Positions 1-12,983 of a stretch of 64,000 nt of DNA are shown piece by piece (the stretch's first letter is position 1; every line of letters begins with the position of its first letter). Both the position numbers and the translations under genes were made by a program. The notes beneath the pieces were generated by a model. The model was not told the DNA's origin. It ran no database searches and saw only the letters and a list, made by a program, of their open reading frames with translations. This DNA is from Zancudomyces culisetae HAW-14-8 (lineage: Eukaryota; Fungi; Kickxellomycota), in the NCBI GenBank assembly GCA_052426225.1, contig JBNJNM010000021.1, positions 1,860,001-1,924,000 of the forward strand, written 5' to 3'.

Positions 1-3000
1 CAAAAAAAAAATCAATTTAGATATTTAATAACTCCATGCTACTCAATCCCGTACATCCTGAGAATTGAGACCTCATTAAAAGTATCTAGCCTTAGACTTA
101 CCTAACTCTTGATTTTACTCCAGAGTTATATCGTAGAGGGTATTCTGTGGCAGTTTGTAGGCCTTCTTCTCCAAAATCTCTTTATTCACAAAGCAAGTTG
201 TTGATTTTAATTTTTACATTTTCAATATTGCACAATTATCCAATTCAATCCATACACCCCCTCAATCAAACTCTTCAAATCAACGTGTATCTAATATAAA
301 AAAAAAGTTTTAAATCACAACCCAACCAATTAAACTACATAATTGAGCAATGCTTAAAAGACTTGGACTTTTATCACCACAGCTGGTTTGTGTAAGAGCA
401 AGGGTATCATAGCTATGAGGAGGTGAGTTATATATAACAGTACAAAATACACGTAAACATGCATTGGTTATTTGGTTGTACGGTGTGGTATTGACTGGCT
501 TTTCATTCAACTCTCCCCATCATTCACTTTTATCCTACAATATCATATTTTAGCACTTTACATATACTAAACTGTGAGTCCGCTATAAAAGCTCTAATTA
601 TTTGTTGGTTTGGTACCTAGAAAAAAGGATAAATAATTTTACATCTTTTGCTAGAATCATTATCAGGTTTTATGCATTTCAAGTAAGCCTTAATAATACA
701 ATGCAAAAATGACAGTTGTGAATAACCCCCAAGTATACATAGCTCGTACTGTACTTTCAAATCAGCTAAGAAAGTTTTAATGTTTTTCTATAATCACACG
801 CATTTACATCATTTTTCTCTATGCTGCTATTTAAAGCTTGATTATGGATTTAATCTTTATATAAATTGCTAGTAAATATGCTGATGTGAGTTTAAAGATG
901 TTTACATATAAATTTTGGTAGTATAATACAACAATGGTATCAATATTGGTGGTTATGAACTGGTTTGTATGATCAAATGTTTGTTTTATCTTTATTGACC
1001 TCTGCTAAGAGTATAAAGCATCATTTTTCTAGCACAGAGTATCAACATGTAAACTCACAATATGCATGAAAAGAAAGTTAGCTCAGCTTTCAGGAAATGT
1101 TAATAGCCAAGAAGGTGCTATAAAAGGTAATTTTTAGGTGTACCATACAGTCTTTGATGCACTCTTTCTTTTCTTTAAGGAGTAAATAGCGATGCTAAAA
1201 GTGTCAGTATTGCTAAACCAAAAGACAGCTTCTATATGGTTTATTGAAAAAGAAGAAAATAGATCGGAAAAAAATATCGATAGTGACGTGCTAAAGGCAG
1301 CCTTACAGTGATCTATGTATATTTCAGGCATTCTTTGCATAACAATGTATAGAAAAATCCGGACATAAGCATGTCACCAATTCAGTAAAACCAGTTGATG
1401 AAACGTAGCAAAAATACGTATTACACAAAAATCTAATTTGATCACTGAATATTTGGGGAGGGGTGGAGAAGAAAAATGAGAAATGAAGGGTGTTGGTGGC
1501 ATCAGTAAATGTGGGACGTAACGCGGCACAAAATTATAATTGTTTGGGATCACAAGTGTATATTGACTTGAAATAGCTGGTGAGCATTCGTTATAATCTT
1601 GTGATAAAATACTATACCGATAATAGTGATAATCGATTGTTGCAGGCATGTTACACTTTTGACTAGTTGTACATTGGGGGATTTTTTTTTGTTTAAATTT
1701 TATAATAAATACCAACACAAAAAACATTCTTTTGGGAAGATGAATGTGGTATAATCTGTGCACTATCGTGTTATACTGTTCCTGAGAAATGTCTGGTACT
1801 TGCAGAGTGTTTTTTTAAAGTAGGATGTGGTAAAGCATGTGGTTTTTACTATTACGATTATGCTTATCTAAATCAATTTTACTGTAGATTGTTTGCAACG
1901 ATACACGCAGGCCATGAAAAGAAAAAGATGTTGGTGTTGGCAAAAAGTAATGAAAAACTTTTAATCCAAGGGTTGAGGTTGTTCTCTTGATATGCAAAGC
2001 ACATTTTAGAGAGGATTCCGATTTATCATATGCGTGTGAAGTGGGATTTTTATTCTAGGTGTAACAAGGAAAAAGATAACACAGGATGAAGCGAATATGA
2101 ATATTTAACACCACTGTTCAGTTTCACGTATGAGAAACAGAGCTAACTACTGTGATCATTGAAAGTTGTAATTAGTATTATATTTTTGATGTTTTCAAAA
2201 CAGGGTATATTTGGAGTTTTTTGTATCCAACTACTTGTAGCAACAATAATGATCAATGTAAAGTCAAATTATTAAACAGATGAATCGAAATATAAAACAA
2301 AAGCAAGAGTCCTGAAGAGATAAATTATGTAAAAAGGGTAGATGGGCAAGTCCAAACATGGCTTTGTTTTCTTTCAGACATTTGTTTATTTGGAAACAAG
2401 TTGGGGAGAGAGATAGAAATAAGAATGAGGTGGACGGAAGGAAATGGTTTGGTTTTAGCCGATCTTGTTACAGAAATTTATAACCATCCTAGCGCAGCCG
2501 TAATTGCAGTGTATACTATTTCACTGACAGCGTGATTATACGCATAATTGTAGATCGCTGTTTGTTTATAATTGCAAAAATTTCTGATCTTTTGTCTCTA
2601 TCCTCACCTCTCAAATTGAGTGTGATTATACACAGAAAAGGTGGAATATACAAAAAAAAACAGTGTATATTAGGCTTAAAAATGATATACGCTTACTAGT
2701 GTGGATACCAAGTCAATGAGGCAGTAACAACTAGACCCAGCAGTATAAGAAAGGGTTCAAGTAAGCTTGATCAAAGTTGTGGTATGAATAAAAGCAACAT
2801 CCAAATCGGGTGGAATGAGGCAAAAAGAAAAAAAGGTGATTTGCCGATTGCTTTTAAAAATGGTAATGTCAAGGGAATATTTTGAGCCTCGCCATCGAAA
2901 AAAAAAAGTAAAAAAATTAAATTAAATTAAAAAATTAAATATTTCAGAGCATGCTAAACTTATACAAGATCCTTACTAGCCTATTGCAATGGACAGAAAT

Positions 3001-5334
3001 CCAATTTGGGTAACTTGGATGTTTACAAATATGGGAAATGTAGATTTTAATGTTTCAAAAATACCAAAATAAATAAGAACAACAATGATTGTTCTTGTAT
3101 ACAAGGAAAATAAAAATGTATGGTATTTGTAATAGGGAATTTCAAGGCAATATTTGGCGGTAATTAAGGCAGGAAACGCAAGTTACGTTATATGACAGAA
3201 ATACGATTACAAAGAAACAAACATTGCTAGTTTTTAACGGAAACCATTTTGGTGCTGGGTTGTGTTTTGGTTCAGTTGCAATTATATGGATTATTTAGGA
3301 AAGGGTGAGGGACAGGTGGAGAGAGAGGAGAATGGGCAGGTATGAGCACAAGCGTAATAACCAGAGTACAACGGTTTAATTAATAAGCGTAGATTATGGG
3401 ATGAAATGTTGAATGAGAAATCGAAGGTGGTAGCCAAACATATGTTTAACCAGGATTGGGTGAGTATATAATTACAAAATGTATTTATTATACCATAAAT
3501 GAAAACATTAAATTTGTAACTCCGAATTGATAACAAAAGATTGTCTTTGTGCTTCAACATGGCAAGAAAGAATAGTTGGCTTCGGAAAAGATGTTGTTGG
3601 AATAAAAAGTATTGGCGTGACAACGTAATGGGAGCTAATTTGGTAATGGTTTGTGAAAGTTGGAGAACCAAAAACGAGCAGGAATAGTTTTATTAATTTT
3701 TTTCTTTTTCTTTTTCTATTTCTTTTTCTTTTTCTTTTTCTATTTCTACTTCTATTTCTTTTCTTTTCTTTTCTTAACAATGGCAAAATGAAAATGGCGA
3801 GATTGTTAGTTTAGTAATATCGAGAGGAGTAAGGCAGTTATGCTACTCTCCATCAACCTTAATAGTTTTAATCAATCGTATCCAAAGCGTTTAAAATTAA
3901 CATTCAGAATAGTGAACTGGTAAATTAACGCGAAAAAGAAAACAGCGTTAAAAAGTATTATGGTAAAATCTCGGCTGAATAAAAAGTTTTTTTTTTCATG
4001 CAAATCTTACTGGAAGTTAGCATTATACAAAGAGGCAAAAAGAAAGAAAAGAGAAAAGAAGAAGAGAGGGGAGGATATGAAGATGAAGATGGAGATGAAG
4101 AGGAAAAAGTAGAAGAGAGGGGGGAACAAGAAGGATAAGAGAATGAAAATAATGAAGATATGATGCTGATGTTTCTGAAAATATCTAGATGGATGGAACA
4201 TTGTAAAAGTTAAAGATTAGCAGCTTTAAAATAAAAAGGCAAAAATGATCAGCGTGAAAAAAGGGACTAGAAATATAAAAGAGATGCACCAACTATGTTT
4301 ATGTATAACATACATGATATTTCCGTGAAACATTTGAAATAGGATATAGTGTAAAGTAGTGTTGTTTGTGATCTATAAATACAGGAATTTTTTTTCAAGT
4401 TAAAGGAATAGCTGAGTGTAAAAAAGAATGCGCGTGTGATGTGTTTTTTTTGTATATTATTGATATATTTTATATAATATTATTGGACTAATTATTTCAT
4501 AATACTTTTGTAATTATTTTTTTAGCATAGTTGGTACCTGTTATAAATAAATATTGGCTTTATTATTGTGATTTCTTTATTTAGTTTAGATTTGTAAACA
4601 AGCTACCACCTATTTTTATTCCAGTAACAACAACAATCTGAATAAATTGGTCGAAAAGTTGGTAATAAATTTGAAATTTCAAAATATCAGGTTTTTTTAA
4701 TGTAAACATTTACAAAACTAAAATAATCGATGATTGATTTAATACGGACACCAGTTAATTAAAGGCAATTAATACGAAATCAACTAAAAAAATTATTCTA
4801 AAAAAAAGAAACGTAAGGGGGGGGGACAAAGGAGAAAGTGAGAGAGTCAGAAAAGGGGAGAAGGGCAGGGATATAGGGTGTAAAAAATATATCAAAAAGT
4901 ATTTTGGGTTTAGTATTACGAGACTTTTTTTTTGTTGTTAAAAAAAGAGTATTCTTTTCTATCAAGAGTGCTATTCTAAAAAAAAACAATAATAAGGAAT
5001 AACAGCGCAACAAGATAAAAGTATACAGTATACAAGCAAGAATAGATTGACGAAAAAAAATAAAACAACAGGAGGGCTCTTTGTAATAAAAAAGCAGTAC
5101 TTGATATTTTTTTTTGTGTGGTTGATTTAACCGCGTTCCAGAGTGTTAAGCCGGTGCTTTTTTTGATAGTTACGAGGACCGTATTTAAAAGCAGCCAAAG
5201 TGGTTTTAGCCTAACAAAAGACTATAGCAGAAAAGAAAGATAAAAAGAAGATAAGGCAACTTGAACGTAAATTCTTTATCGTTTAGAATTGGAGTCAAAG
5301 ATATAGAGAGTATGTAAAAAAGAATAGAATCAAA

Positions 5335-5375
5335 AATAGAATAGAATAGAATAGAATAGAACAATAGAACAATAG
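5335..5375 (+). repeat. (AATAG)5 microsatellite followed by two AACAATAG variants
   Basis: Direct reading of the tandem pentamers upstream of the kinase gene. Confidence 0.8.
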
Positions 5376-5691
5376 GATACTATATAACTACAGACGGGAC
5401 TTTTCAGTAGTTACAGAGATTTGAATAGAAAGAACAAACAGGGTGTATAATAAATCTAAAAGGAATATTAGAAAGGAATGTGAAGGGGAATGAAGTTGCA
5501 AGACTCAAAAAAAGAATATTTAAAATAAAACAAAGGTCGTGATATAATATATAAAAGAGGTTCCGGAATAGAGTATAGCTTAAAATATTGGAGGAAATAT
5601 ATAAATGAGATTAAAACAACTTTTTGTATACAACTAAACAAGAGATAAACGAAATACAACCAAGAGCAAACAATATAGAAAAAGAGAGATA

Positions 5692-8600
5692 ATGGAGGCA
5701 GAAATCAGAAAGTATAGAGAGTATGCAGAGGCAGAAATGACAAGAGAAGAAAAGTACAAGAAGGCCATGGCGCAAGAGATCAAAAAGGCGGCTATGGTGG
5801 TACGAGAAAGAAATTTGAAACAACAAGAACAGAAAAACAAGAATGTGTCAAAAAATGAAAAAGATAAAGGAAAGAAGAGCAGAAAAAGCCGGGATGGGAG
5901 GACCGTAGGACCGTACAAACTGATGCAAACGATAGGTACGGGAGGAATGGGACGAGTCAAGTTGGGGTTGGATACGCGAAGTAACCAATGGACGGCAATA
6001 AAGATAGTGCCGAGACAGGTAGAGGGGGTGAGTAGAGAGTTTCCAGATTTTGGGACTATAGCGAGACTGATGGAGAGAAAGGGAGACAAGTCGGAAATAT
6101 ATAAATACGGAAGAAGTGTACTGGATGACGAGCAAGAGAGTGAAAATGAAGAGAAGTATAATGGAAAAAGAAGAGGAGAAATGAGATTAGGCACGGAGAG
6201 GGGGAGTCGAGGAAAGCGGATGGGATACCAAATGGATAGCAAGAAGCGACGGATTTTGGAGTTGTTGAGGGAATCAACCAGGATGCCGCGAACAGTGCGA
6301 AGAGTACAAGTGAGAGAAAGAATGACAACGCGGGAGAGAGAAGCAAGGGAGGGAGTGGATTTGAGGATACAAAGGGAGGTGGCAATCTCGCAGCTAGTGA
6401 ACCATCCAAGTATTGTAGAGCTGAAAGAAATAGTGATGGATAAAAACAACTATTACTTGGTTTCGGAATTGGTAGTGGGAGGACAAATGTTGGAGTATAT
6501 AATACAAAAGGGGCATTTAAAAGAGACGGAAGCACGAAAATTTGGTAGACAGATAGGATCGGGGTTGGCATATTTACACAAAAATTCAATAGTGCATAGA
6601 GACTTAAAAATTGAAAACATTTTGATAACGTCGGAAGGAGATGCCAAAATTATAGATTTTGGACTTTCAAATATATATTCGTACCAAAACGAGTTGTCAA
6701 CATTTTGTGGATCGCTATACTTTGCAGCACCCGAGCTGTTGATGGCAACGGAGTATATAGGGCCAGAGGTGGATATATGGGCATTTGGAGTGGTGTTGTT
6801 TGTATTAGTGTTTGGCAAGGTACCATTTGAAGATAAATCAGTATCAGCGCTACATAGTAAGATCAAGAGCGGAAGGTATGAGCTGCCACAGAATCGATTA
6901 AGATCCGTTTCGCCAGAATTTATTCACTTGATATCGCGGATGTTGACGGTAAATCCAGCAAAACGGGCGACAATGGCAGAGGTGATGAGTCATGCATGGA
7001 TGAATATTGGATATAAAGAAATAGCTGCGGATTATGTGCCAATTCGAAAGCCATTGGTTCACTTTACACAAATCGACATGAACATTGTAAGAATCATGGC
7101 GCAATATCCAGGATTTGGGTTTGGAAATAGCGAGCAGGAAATTTACAAAGGAATAAAAGATACGATAACATCAGATTGGTATCAACAATACTTGACGAGT
7201 AAATATTCCAAGGAATTGATAGAGCTGGATTATTTGCAAATGTTGGAAAAAAACAATTATTTTTATTACGACCAAGAACTTGGATATGAAGAATACCGAG
7301 GAAAATATTCCGAGTATGATTATTCAAGTGACGAAAAGGAACAAGTAATAATCAAAGAATTAAAATCCAAAAGAAGTACACCTAAACTATGGGCTGACCA
7401 TCATTCCGACAAATTACAGTTGAGAGGTGTGGTGAGTAGCGATAAGCTTAGGCCTCAATACAAACTCAACGATGAGTATATTTCATTGATGTATCCTCCA
7501 GGCTACAACAAAACCAAAATCAATGCTATAGACGTAAATATATTTGTACCATCAAACATCGCCAATTATTCGTATGTTAGAGATGCGTTTTTGGAGCTGA
7601 CAGCGTCGGATCCTTTGTTTAGCATTTACTATTTGATAAAGGAAAAACTTGAGAGGTTGGCTCCAACTCCAATCTATGAATTGTTGGCATTGAACAAAAC
7701 CAGGAAACAGTATAGTAGAAATGGTAAAAACAATAATGTCTCTACATCCACAAATTCTATCACATCTGATTCTGGTTCTGGTTCTGGCTCTGGTTCTGAT
7801 TCTGCTTCTTCATCATCATCATCAAAAACGACAACAACAACGACAAGTATATCGGATAAAGAAAATATTCAAGCTAGAAAACAACAGCAACACCAAAGAC
7901 AACAACAACAGATGCAGAAAATGAAAACAATAGAAAGATCCCAACATCCTTCACCTCGTTCCGTTAGAGAAAGCAATCAAACCAGACCTTCAATTGACCA
8001 GAGAACTGTAAAATCACAAAAAAATAATTACAACATTTCAAAGGAAAGAGAAGGAGAAAGAGAAAAAGAAAGAGAAAAATTATGGGAGTGGGAAAGGGAA
8101 AGAGAATTGGAATTGGCATTGGAAAGAGTTATAAAAAAGAGTATTGCTACAAGAAACAATAATTCCAAATCTCGTCCTGTTTCGTCAGTTTCTACTAAAA
8201 CTACCTCACCACAACATGATTTGAAACATGTCGATATTCCAAACAAAGAAAATAATGGTAAAAACAAACCAAAAAGTATAAAACTGACAAGAAAAAGCTC
8301 AAAACCACTAGATACTCGAGCCTTTCCTAATCTTGATGATGATGATGATGATGATATTGCTAATAAAATCGACAATTCTACTATTAAAAACACTAGCGCC
8401 AAAAACGAAAAAGAGAGCCAAAGCCAAAGCCAAAACCAAAACCAAAACATACATACTAGTGAGCATGATATAGTGATAATAGAAGGTGATAATAACAGTA
8501 TACTAACAAGTTCCTTTGAAAGTGATGGTAGAACCAGAGTGGAATCGTTTGTAGAAACACTGAAATATTTGGATGCTAATTATTCTTCATTCTGTTTATC

Positions 8601-9690
8601 CAAAAATAATAACAATAAAAATAATAACAGAATGAAAATACCAAATCTTAATCATGCAAATATGGACATTTCTTCGATGAATATTCCCAACTCTCCAAAC
8701 AATAAAGGTCTTCGAATCAAAAATGGTTTCAATAAAAAATCAATTATGAATATTAAAAGTAAATTCAATAATACAATTAACACTATCTTTAGTCCAACAT
8801 CACCGACATCATTGACATCACCGACATCACCAACATCACCAACAACAACATCTGCACCCAACAGTAACTCTATCTCCCTACACAATGATCCCAACTCCAA
8901 CTCCAACTCCAACTCCAATTCAAACTCCATCTCTTCTCCTACTGAAAGACAATACTCTTCAATCAACCCAAATGGCTCTATTAAAAGTCCTCGTTTTACA
9001 GTTACTAGTACTCGCATTTCTGAAGAAAAATCACCTATAATTACTTTAAAACATGCTTCATTACTAAACTCTATTGATGATAACGATTTGCCTACTACAC
9101 CAACCACACCAACCACACCAACTACTACTACTAACATCGTTAATATCACTGATACTAATGTTGCTGATAAGATCACCAACACCAATGCCAATACTACCTC
9201 CAAAACTGTTACTGTTACTGTTCCAGTAAAAAAAAATTATCGTTCACATTCAATTACTGGAAATACCAATAATACCAATACTTATTCGTCAATTCACAGT
9301 CCAAAGGTTAAAACCATTTCTTCGTTTACTAGCCATAGAAACTTAAAGTCTCACTATTCTCAACCTCTACCCCAACCATCAAAATTGACAAAGCACAATT
9401 CTGTCAATTCTCCTGTTAACCAATCCGCTTTAACCCCAAAAAGATCTGTTCAGCGATCGTTGAATTCTTTATTCAAGAGATCGGTCGTGGACTCAAGAAA
9501 AGGTTTAACATCATCTATCAAATCTAGTACCTCAAATACCAAACCTATTACTACTACTCGCACAGCCAGTTTTTCTAAAAATAAAAGCAACAACAATAAC
9601 AACGGAAATATTAAAGACAAAGATAATAATAATAGTGGTGATATGGATGAATTATTTACTCTTGAAGATTTTTTACGTTCATCAAGATAA
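5692..9690 (+). CDS. KIN1: Kin1/Par-1/MARK-family (CAMKL) Ser/Thr protein kinase
   Basis: 1332-aa ORF with GTGGMGRV Gly loop, AIK, HRDLKIEN, DFG, TFCGSLYFAAPE and YIGPEVDIW. The CGSLYFAAPE/GPEVDIW/HRDLKIEN combination and the later DPLFSIYYLIKEK motif are typical of fungal Kin1/Kin2. Long S/T/N low-complexity C-terminus. Confidence 0.88.
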   Translation: MEAEIRKYREYAEAEMTREEKYKKAMAQEIKKAAMVVRERNLKQQEQKNKNVSKNEKDKGKKSRKSRDGRTVGPYKLMQTIGTGGMGRVKLGLDTRSNQWTAIKIVPRQVEGVSREFPDFGTIARLMERKGDKSEIYKYGRSVLDDEQESENEEKYNGKRRGEMRLGTERGSRGKRMGYQMDSKKRRILELLRESTRMPRTVRRVQVRERMTTREREAREGVDLRIQREVAISQLVNHPSIVELKEIVMDKNNYYLVSELVVGGQMLEYIIQKGHLKETEARKFGRQIGSGLAYLHKNSIVHRDLKIENILITSEGDAKIIDFGLSNIYSYQNELSTFCGSLYFAAPELLMATEYIGPEVDIWAFGVVLFVLVFGKVPFEDKSVSALHSKIKSGRYELPQNRLRSVSPEFIHLISRMLTVNPAKRATMAEVMSHAWMNIGYKEIAADYVPIRKPLVHFTQIDMNIVRIMAQYPGFGFGNSEQEIYKGIKDTITSDWYQQYLTSKYSKELIELDYLQMLEKNNYFYYDQELGYEEYRGKYSEYDYSSDEKEQVIIKELKSKRSTPKLWADHHSDKLQLRGVVSSDKLRPQYKLNDEYISLMYPPGYNKTKINAIDVNIFVPSNIANYSYVRDAFLELTASDPLFSIYYLIKEKLERLAPTPIYELLALNKTRKQYSRNGKNNNVSTSTNSITSDSGSGSGSGSDSASSSSSSKTTTTTTSISDKENIQARKQQQHQRQQQQMQKMKTIERSQHPSPRSVRESNQTRPSIDQRTVKSQKNNYNISKEREGEREKEREKLWEWERERELELALERVIKKSIATRNNNSKSRPVSSVSTKTTSPQHDLKHVDIPNKENNGKNKPKSIKLTRKSSKPLDTRAFPNLDDDDDDDIANKIDNSTIKNTSAKNEKESQSQSQNQNQNIHTSEHDIVIIEGDNNSILTSSFESDGRTRVESFVETLKYLDANYSSFCLSKNNNNKNNNRMKIPNLNHANMDISSMNIPNSPNNKGLRIKNGFNKKSIMNIKSKFNNTINTIFSPTSPTSLTSPTSPTSPTTTSAPNSNSISLHNDPNSNSNSNSNSNSISSPTERQYSSINPNGSIKSPRFTVTSTRISEEKSPIITLKHASLLNSIDDNDLPTTPTTPTTPTTTTNIVNITDTNVADKITNTNANTTSKTVTVTVPVKKNYRSHSITGNTNNTNTYSSIHSPKVKTISSFTSHRNLKSHYSQPLPQPSKLTKHNSVNSPVNQSALTPKRSVQRSLNSLFKRSVVDSRKGLTSSIKSSTSNTKPITTTRTASFSKNKSNNNNNGNIKDKDNNNSGDMDELFTLEDFLRSSR

Positions 9691-9856
9691 AAATCTTTTC
9701 TATATTTCCAAATTTATTAATAAACTAAAAACTCTTTTACTTTTTCTTTTTCTCTTTATTTAATTTAATCTGATTTGATTAGTAAAATTATTTGCTTTTA
9801 TACCACTATCACCATCACTATTATTATTATTATCGCTATTACTATTATTTTACTAT

Positions 9857-11272
9857 TTATGTTCTATAGTCTGCATTAATACTAACATATTCATTTGATA
9901 AATCACATGTATAAAACTCTGAACTTCCTGCCAACCCCGTTGAAAACTTGATGTTCACAAAAATGTCCTGGTTCTTCAATATCGATTTGGCCACTGCCTC
10001 ATTGCTTTCTGAATATGTAATGGGGTTTCCATCTGTCAACAAATTTAGCGATGTTCCATCAGTTGATGAAATAGTCAGATTTATCTTTTTTTCGTTCACA
10101 ATTTCCATTTCTGTATTTCCTCCAATTGCACATATTATTCTTCCCCAGTTTGCATCTTCTCCATAAAATGCTGTTTTGACCAGTGGTGAATTGGCAATAC
10201 TCTTGGCCACTTTTTTAGCTTGTTGATCATTTTCACACCCTGTTACACTAATTGTCACGAATTTGGTCGCTCCTTCTCCATCTCTAACCACCAGAATTGC
10301 CAGCTGCTTCATTATATCTGTCAACTCCTTTTCAAATTGCTGATATATCTCTGTATTTTCTGCAGTAATACTGCCATCGCTAGTATTACAGGCTGAAACT
10401 TTTGCCTTTGACAATCCGTTACTTAGCACTACTATAGTATCGTTTGTACTCATGTCTCCATCCACACTGATGCAGTTAAATGTCTTTTCCACTGCGCGCT
10501 TGACAGCCTGGTCCAACAATTCTTGTGGAATTTCAACATCTGTAAACACTGCTCCTAGGAGTGTTGCCATGTTTGGATGAATCATTCCAGCCCCCTTCGC
10601 TACTCCTGCCATTCTGTATTTTGCACCTCCCTGTTGTGTCACCTCCTTGCTAATCAGTTTTGGGAATGTATCTGTTGTCATTATTGCCTCCGCAACTTGC
10701 ATCCACTGCTTGTGGCCACTTTCAAGCTTTCCTTGCATATTTTCTACACCTGCTTCTATCTTTTCAATTGGAAGTTGCTGCCCAATAACACCCGTTGACA
10801 TTATAAACGTTTTGTCTGATTGTACTGATCCTCCGGTTCCTTTGCTAATGTATTTTGCCACCAACTCGTCACCTGCCTTCATCATTCTCTTTCCGTTCTT
10901 CATTCCTTCCTCTCCAGTAACTGCATTTGCACACCCTGAATTTATCAACACTGCTTGTATCTTGTCTGCTGACTTTGATAAAACGCTTTTATCCAGCAAA
11001 ACAGGTGCTGCTTTGATTCGGTTTTTTGTAAAGGTCGCTGAGGTCTTGCATGGCTCTGTTGACAGTATCACCGCCAAGTCTTTTATCCCCTCAAACTTGT
11101 GCTTTTTAACTCCTGCATATGCCCCGCCAACTATAAATCCTTCCGGATATGTACCTGTTTTTGGGATCCATTTTTGCTTGTCTACTGGGTATTTTGCAAT
11201 CAGTGAGCTAATTCTTCTCACCATCGGGTATCTTGTGGCTAGCCCCGAAACTTTTAAAGCTGACTTGATCAT
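9857..11272 (-). CDS. ARG7: Mitochondrial ornithine acetyltransferase / ArgJ
   Basis: Motifs INSGCANAVTG, STGVIG, IMTTDTFPK, KGAGMIHPNMATLL (autocleavage Thr), DGDMSTND, DGEGATK, DANWGRI and C-terminal YVSINADYRT. Basic N-terminus resembling a presequence. Confidence 0.96.
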   Translation of the reverse strand: MIKSALKVSGLATRYPMVRRISSLIAKYPVDKQKWIPKTGTYPEGFIVGGAYAGVKKHKFEGIKDLAVILSTEPCKTSATFTKNRIKAAPVLLDKSVLSKSADKIQAVLINSGCANAVTGEEGMKNGKRMMKAGDELVAKYISKGTGGSVQSDKTFIMSTGVIGQQLPIEKIEAGVENMQGKLESGHKQWMQVAEAIMTTDTFPKLISKEVTQQGGAKYRMAGVAKGAGMIHPNMATLLGAVFTDVEIPQELLDQAVKRAVEKTFNCISVDGDMSTNDTIVVLSNGLSKAKVSACNTSDGSITAENTEIYQQFEKELTDIMKQLAILVVRDGEGATKFVTISVTGCENDQQAKKVAKSIANSPLVKTAFYGEDANWGRIICAIGGNTEMEIVNEKKINLTISSTDGTSLNLLTDGNPITYSESNEAVAKSILKNQDIFVNIKFSTGLAGSSEFYTCDLSNEYVSINADYRT

Positions 11273-12137
11273 TATTTACTCTTGGTTAGTTGTTTATTTT
11301 CCCTCTTATTATCTTGTTGAATCACTAATAAAATAACAAAAGCAAAAAAAAAATCGATATTTTTGTTAATATATCTATGCTTTTTATTTTATTTTTATAA
11401 CTGTTTTATTAAGTTTCTATCCCCTCCTTTTTTTCCTATAAAATTCAAACTAAATTAATGTTTGCTATATTGGCATTTAACTGGCTTAAATTCAATATCC
11501 ACTCACCAGATCGATAAACTAGTGTGGTGATTTTACTTTAACATTTTACTTTCTCACCCAATGCCTTTAATTAGTCATTTTTATTTGATTTTCCTCCTCC
11601 GACTTGTTCTCTATCCGCAAATTAACTAAATAATAAACAAATACAAAAGAAAAAAAATTTTTTTTTATAGTTAATTTGGTAATAATGCGCTTAATACCAT
11701 AGCTTACATGAAACACAGGGTATATCACACCTGTATTACATGGATACTCATTGTCGCTACATAATTTGTCTTGAATTTATACACACTGACCATATTTTTT
11801 TGAAATACACAAATAATATATACTCGAGAATACCATCCTTTTTCCTTTTTCCTTTTTCCTTCTTCCCTCCTTTTATTCATTTATCTTTTTATTATTACAA
11901 AAAGCGTAGAAATAACAACCAGTCTAAAAAGAATACCAAAGCCGACTTTTTTTTATAAAAAAATCTCCTCTTTTAAATATCAATGTGTATTACAAGTCAT
12001 AATTGCAAACAGATATTCTAGGAGAAAATCCTGGTATTGCAAAACAATGGCAATGTGAGTAATAGTGTCTATAGGTTACTCTCATATATTGTATAGATAT
12101 ATACTATGTATAGCTAAAATGCAATAGCAGGTTGTTT

Positions 12138-12983
12138 CTATTCCCTAACGAACACTCGTTTGCGTTTCCACGTTGGAATCTCCTGGCTAATTTTTCCAGC
12201 ATTCGAAAAGGGATATAAAACAAACGTCGCTTTACCCGTAATCAATCCAAGCGGAATACATCCAAACATATTGCTATCGTTACTATGAAAGCCTTCGTCT
12301 CCCTCTACCCAGCAATGCCCCTTTGGTACTACTACAACCGAACCCTCTTTTTCATTTGGAGTCTGGCCTTGTAACTTGGTTAGTGGTATTACCATATCTC
12401 CAGGCACACCAATTACTCGCTTTATTAGCTGATTTTTAGGATCAGTTGGTGACCTACGCAAATATTACGTGTTTGCTATAGAGCTACTGTTATTATTTTT
12501 TTGACGGGTTTGTTGTAGAATGGAGCCATCCAAATATTGACTTGTAAAAATAACAGAGTCTAGCTTACCAAAATGTAATGACATCGCCTCTCTTTATTTC
12601 TTGGGAAATGTTTGCTCTGATCGCCCATTTGTTTACAAATATCAAATCTTGAGCTAGCATGTTTTTATCTGGGTTCAAAGATGGCTAATTTAGTTAATTC
12701 CAAGCGGAATTGCACATTAAACAGATGTTTCTCAGATACAGGCATTTTAATACTCTTTATATTCATTTTAAATTAATCCTGTCCTTTTCACTTATTTGCT
12801 TGTAAGTTCGAATAAGCAAATTTCAAAAATACCTTAATACACTTTGTAATTGACAAAAATTGTAAATTTTACCTGCATCGATCGCCCCTCGACACGCGTT
12901 ACCGACGCAATATGGTTATTCGTAAAGATTACCACTGGTGTCCATAGTGCCAGATTAACAAAAAACTTTGAATACCTTGACAT
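12138..12983 (-). CDS. IMP2: Mitochondrial inner membrane peptidase subunit 2 (3 exons, 180 aa)
   Basis: Exons 12983-12873, 12684-12569 and 12453-12138 with GT..AG introns, phases consistent. Protein has VEGRSMQPSLNP (catalytic Ser), RGDVITFWSPTDP, IKRVIG (catalytic Lys) and VPKGHCWVEGDEGFHSNDSNMFG. Confidence 0.9.

Noticed and set aside
5634-9203. Long antisense ORFs (271, 177, 140, 183 aa) opposite the kinase; similar ones opposite ARG7, CAND1, PDI and TOM70
   Set aside because: Shadow frames expected from skewed, low-complexity sense coding; no recognisable motifs.
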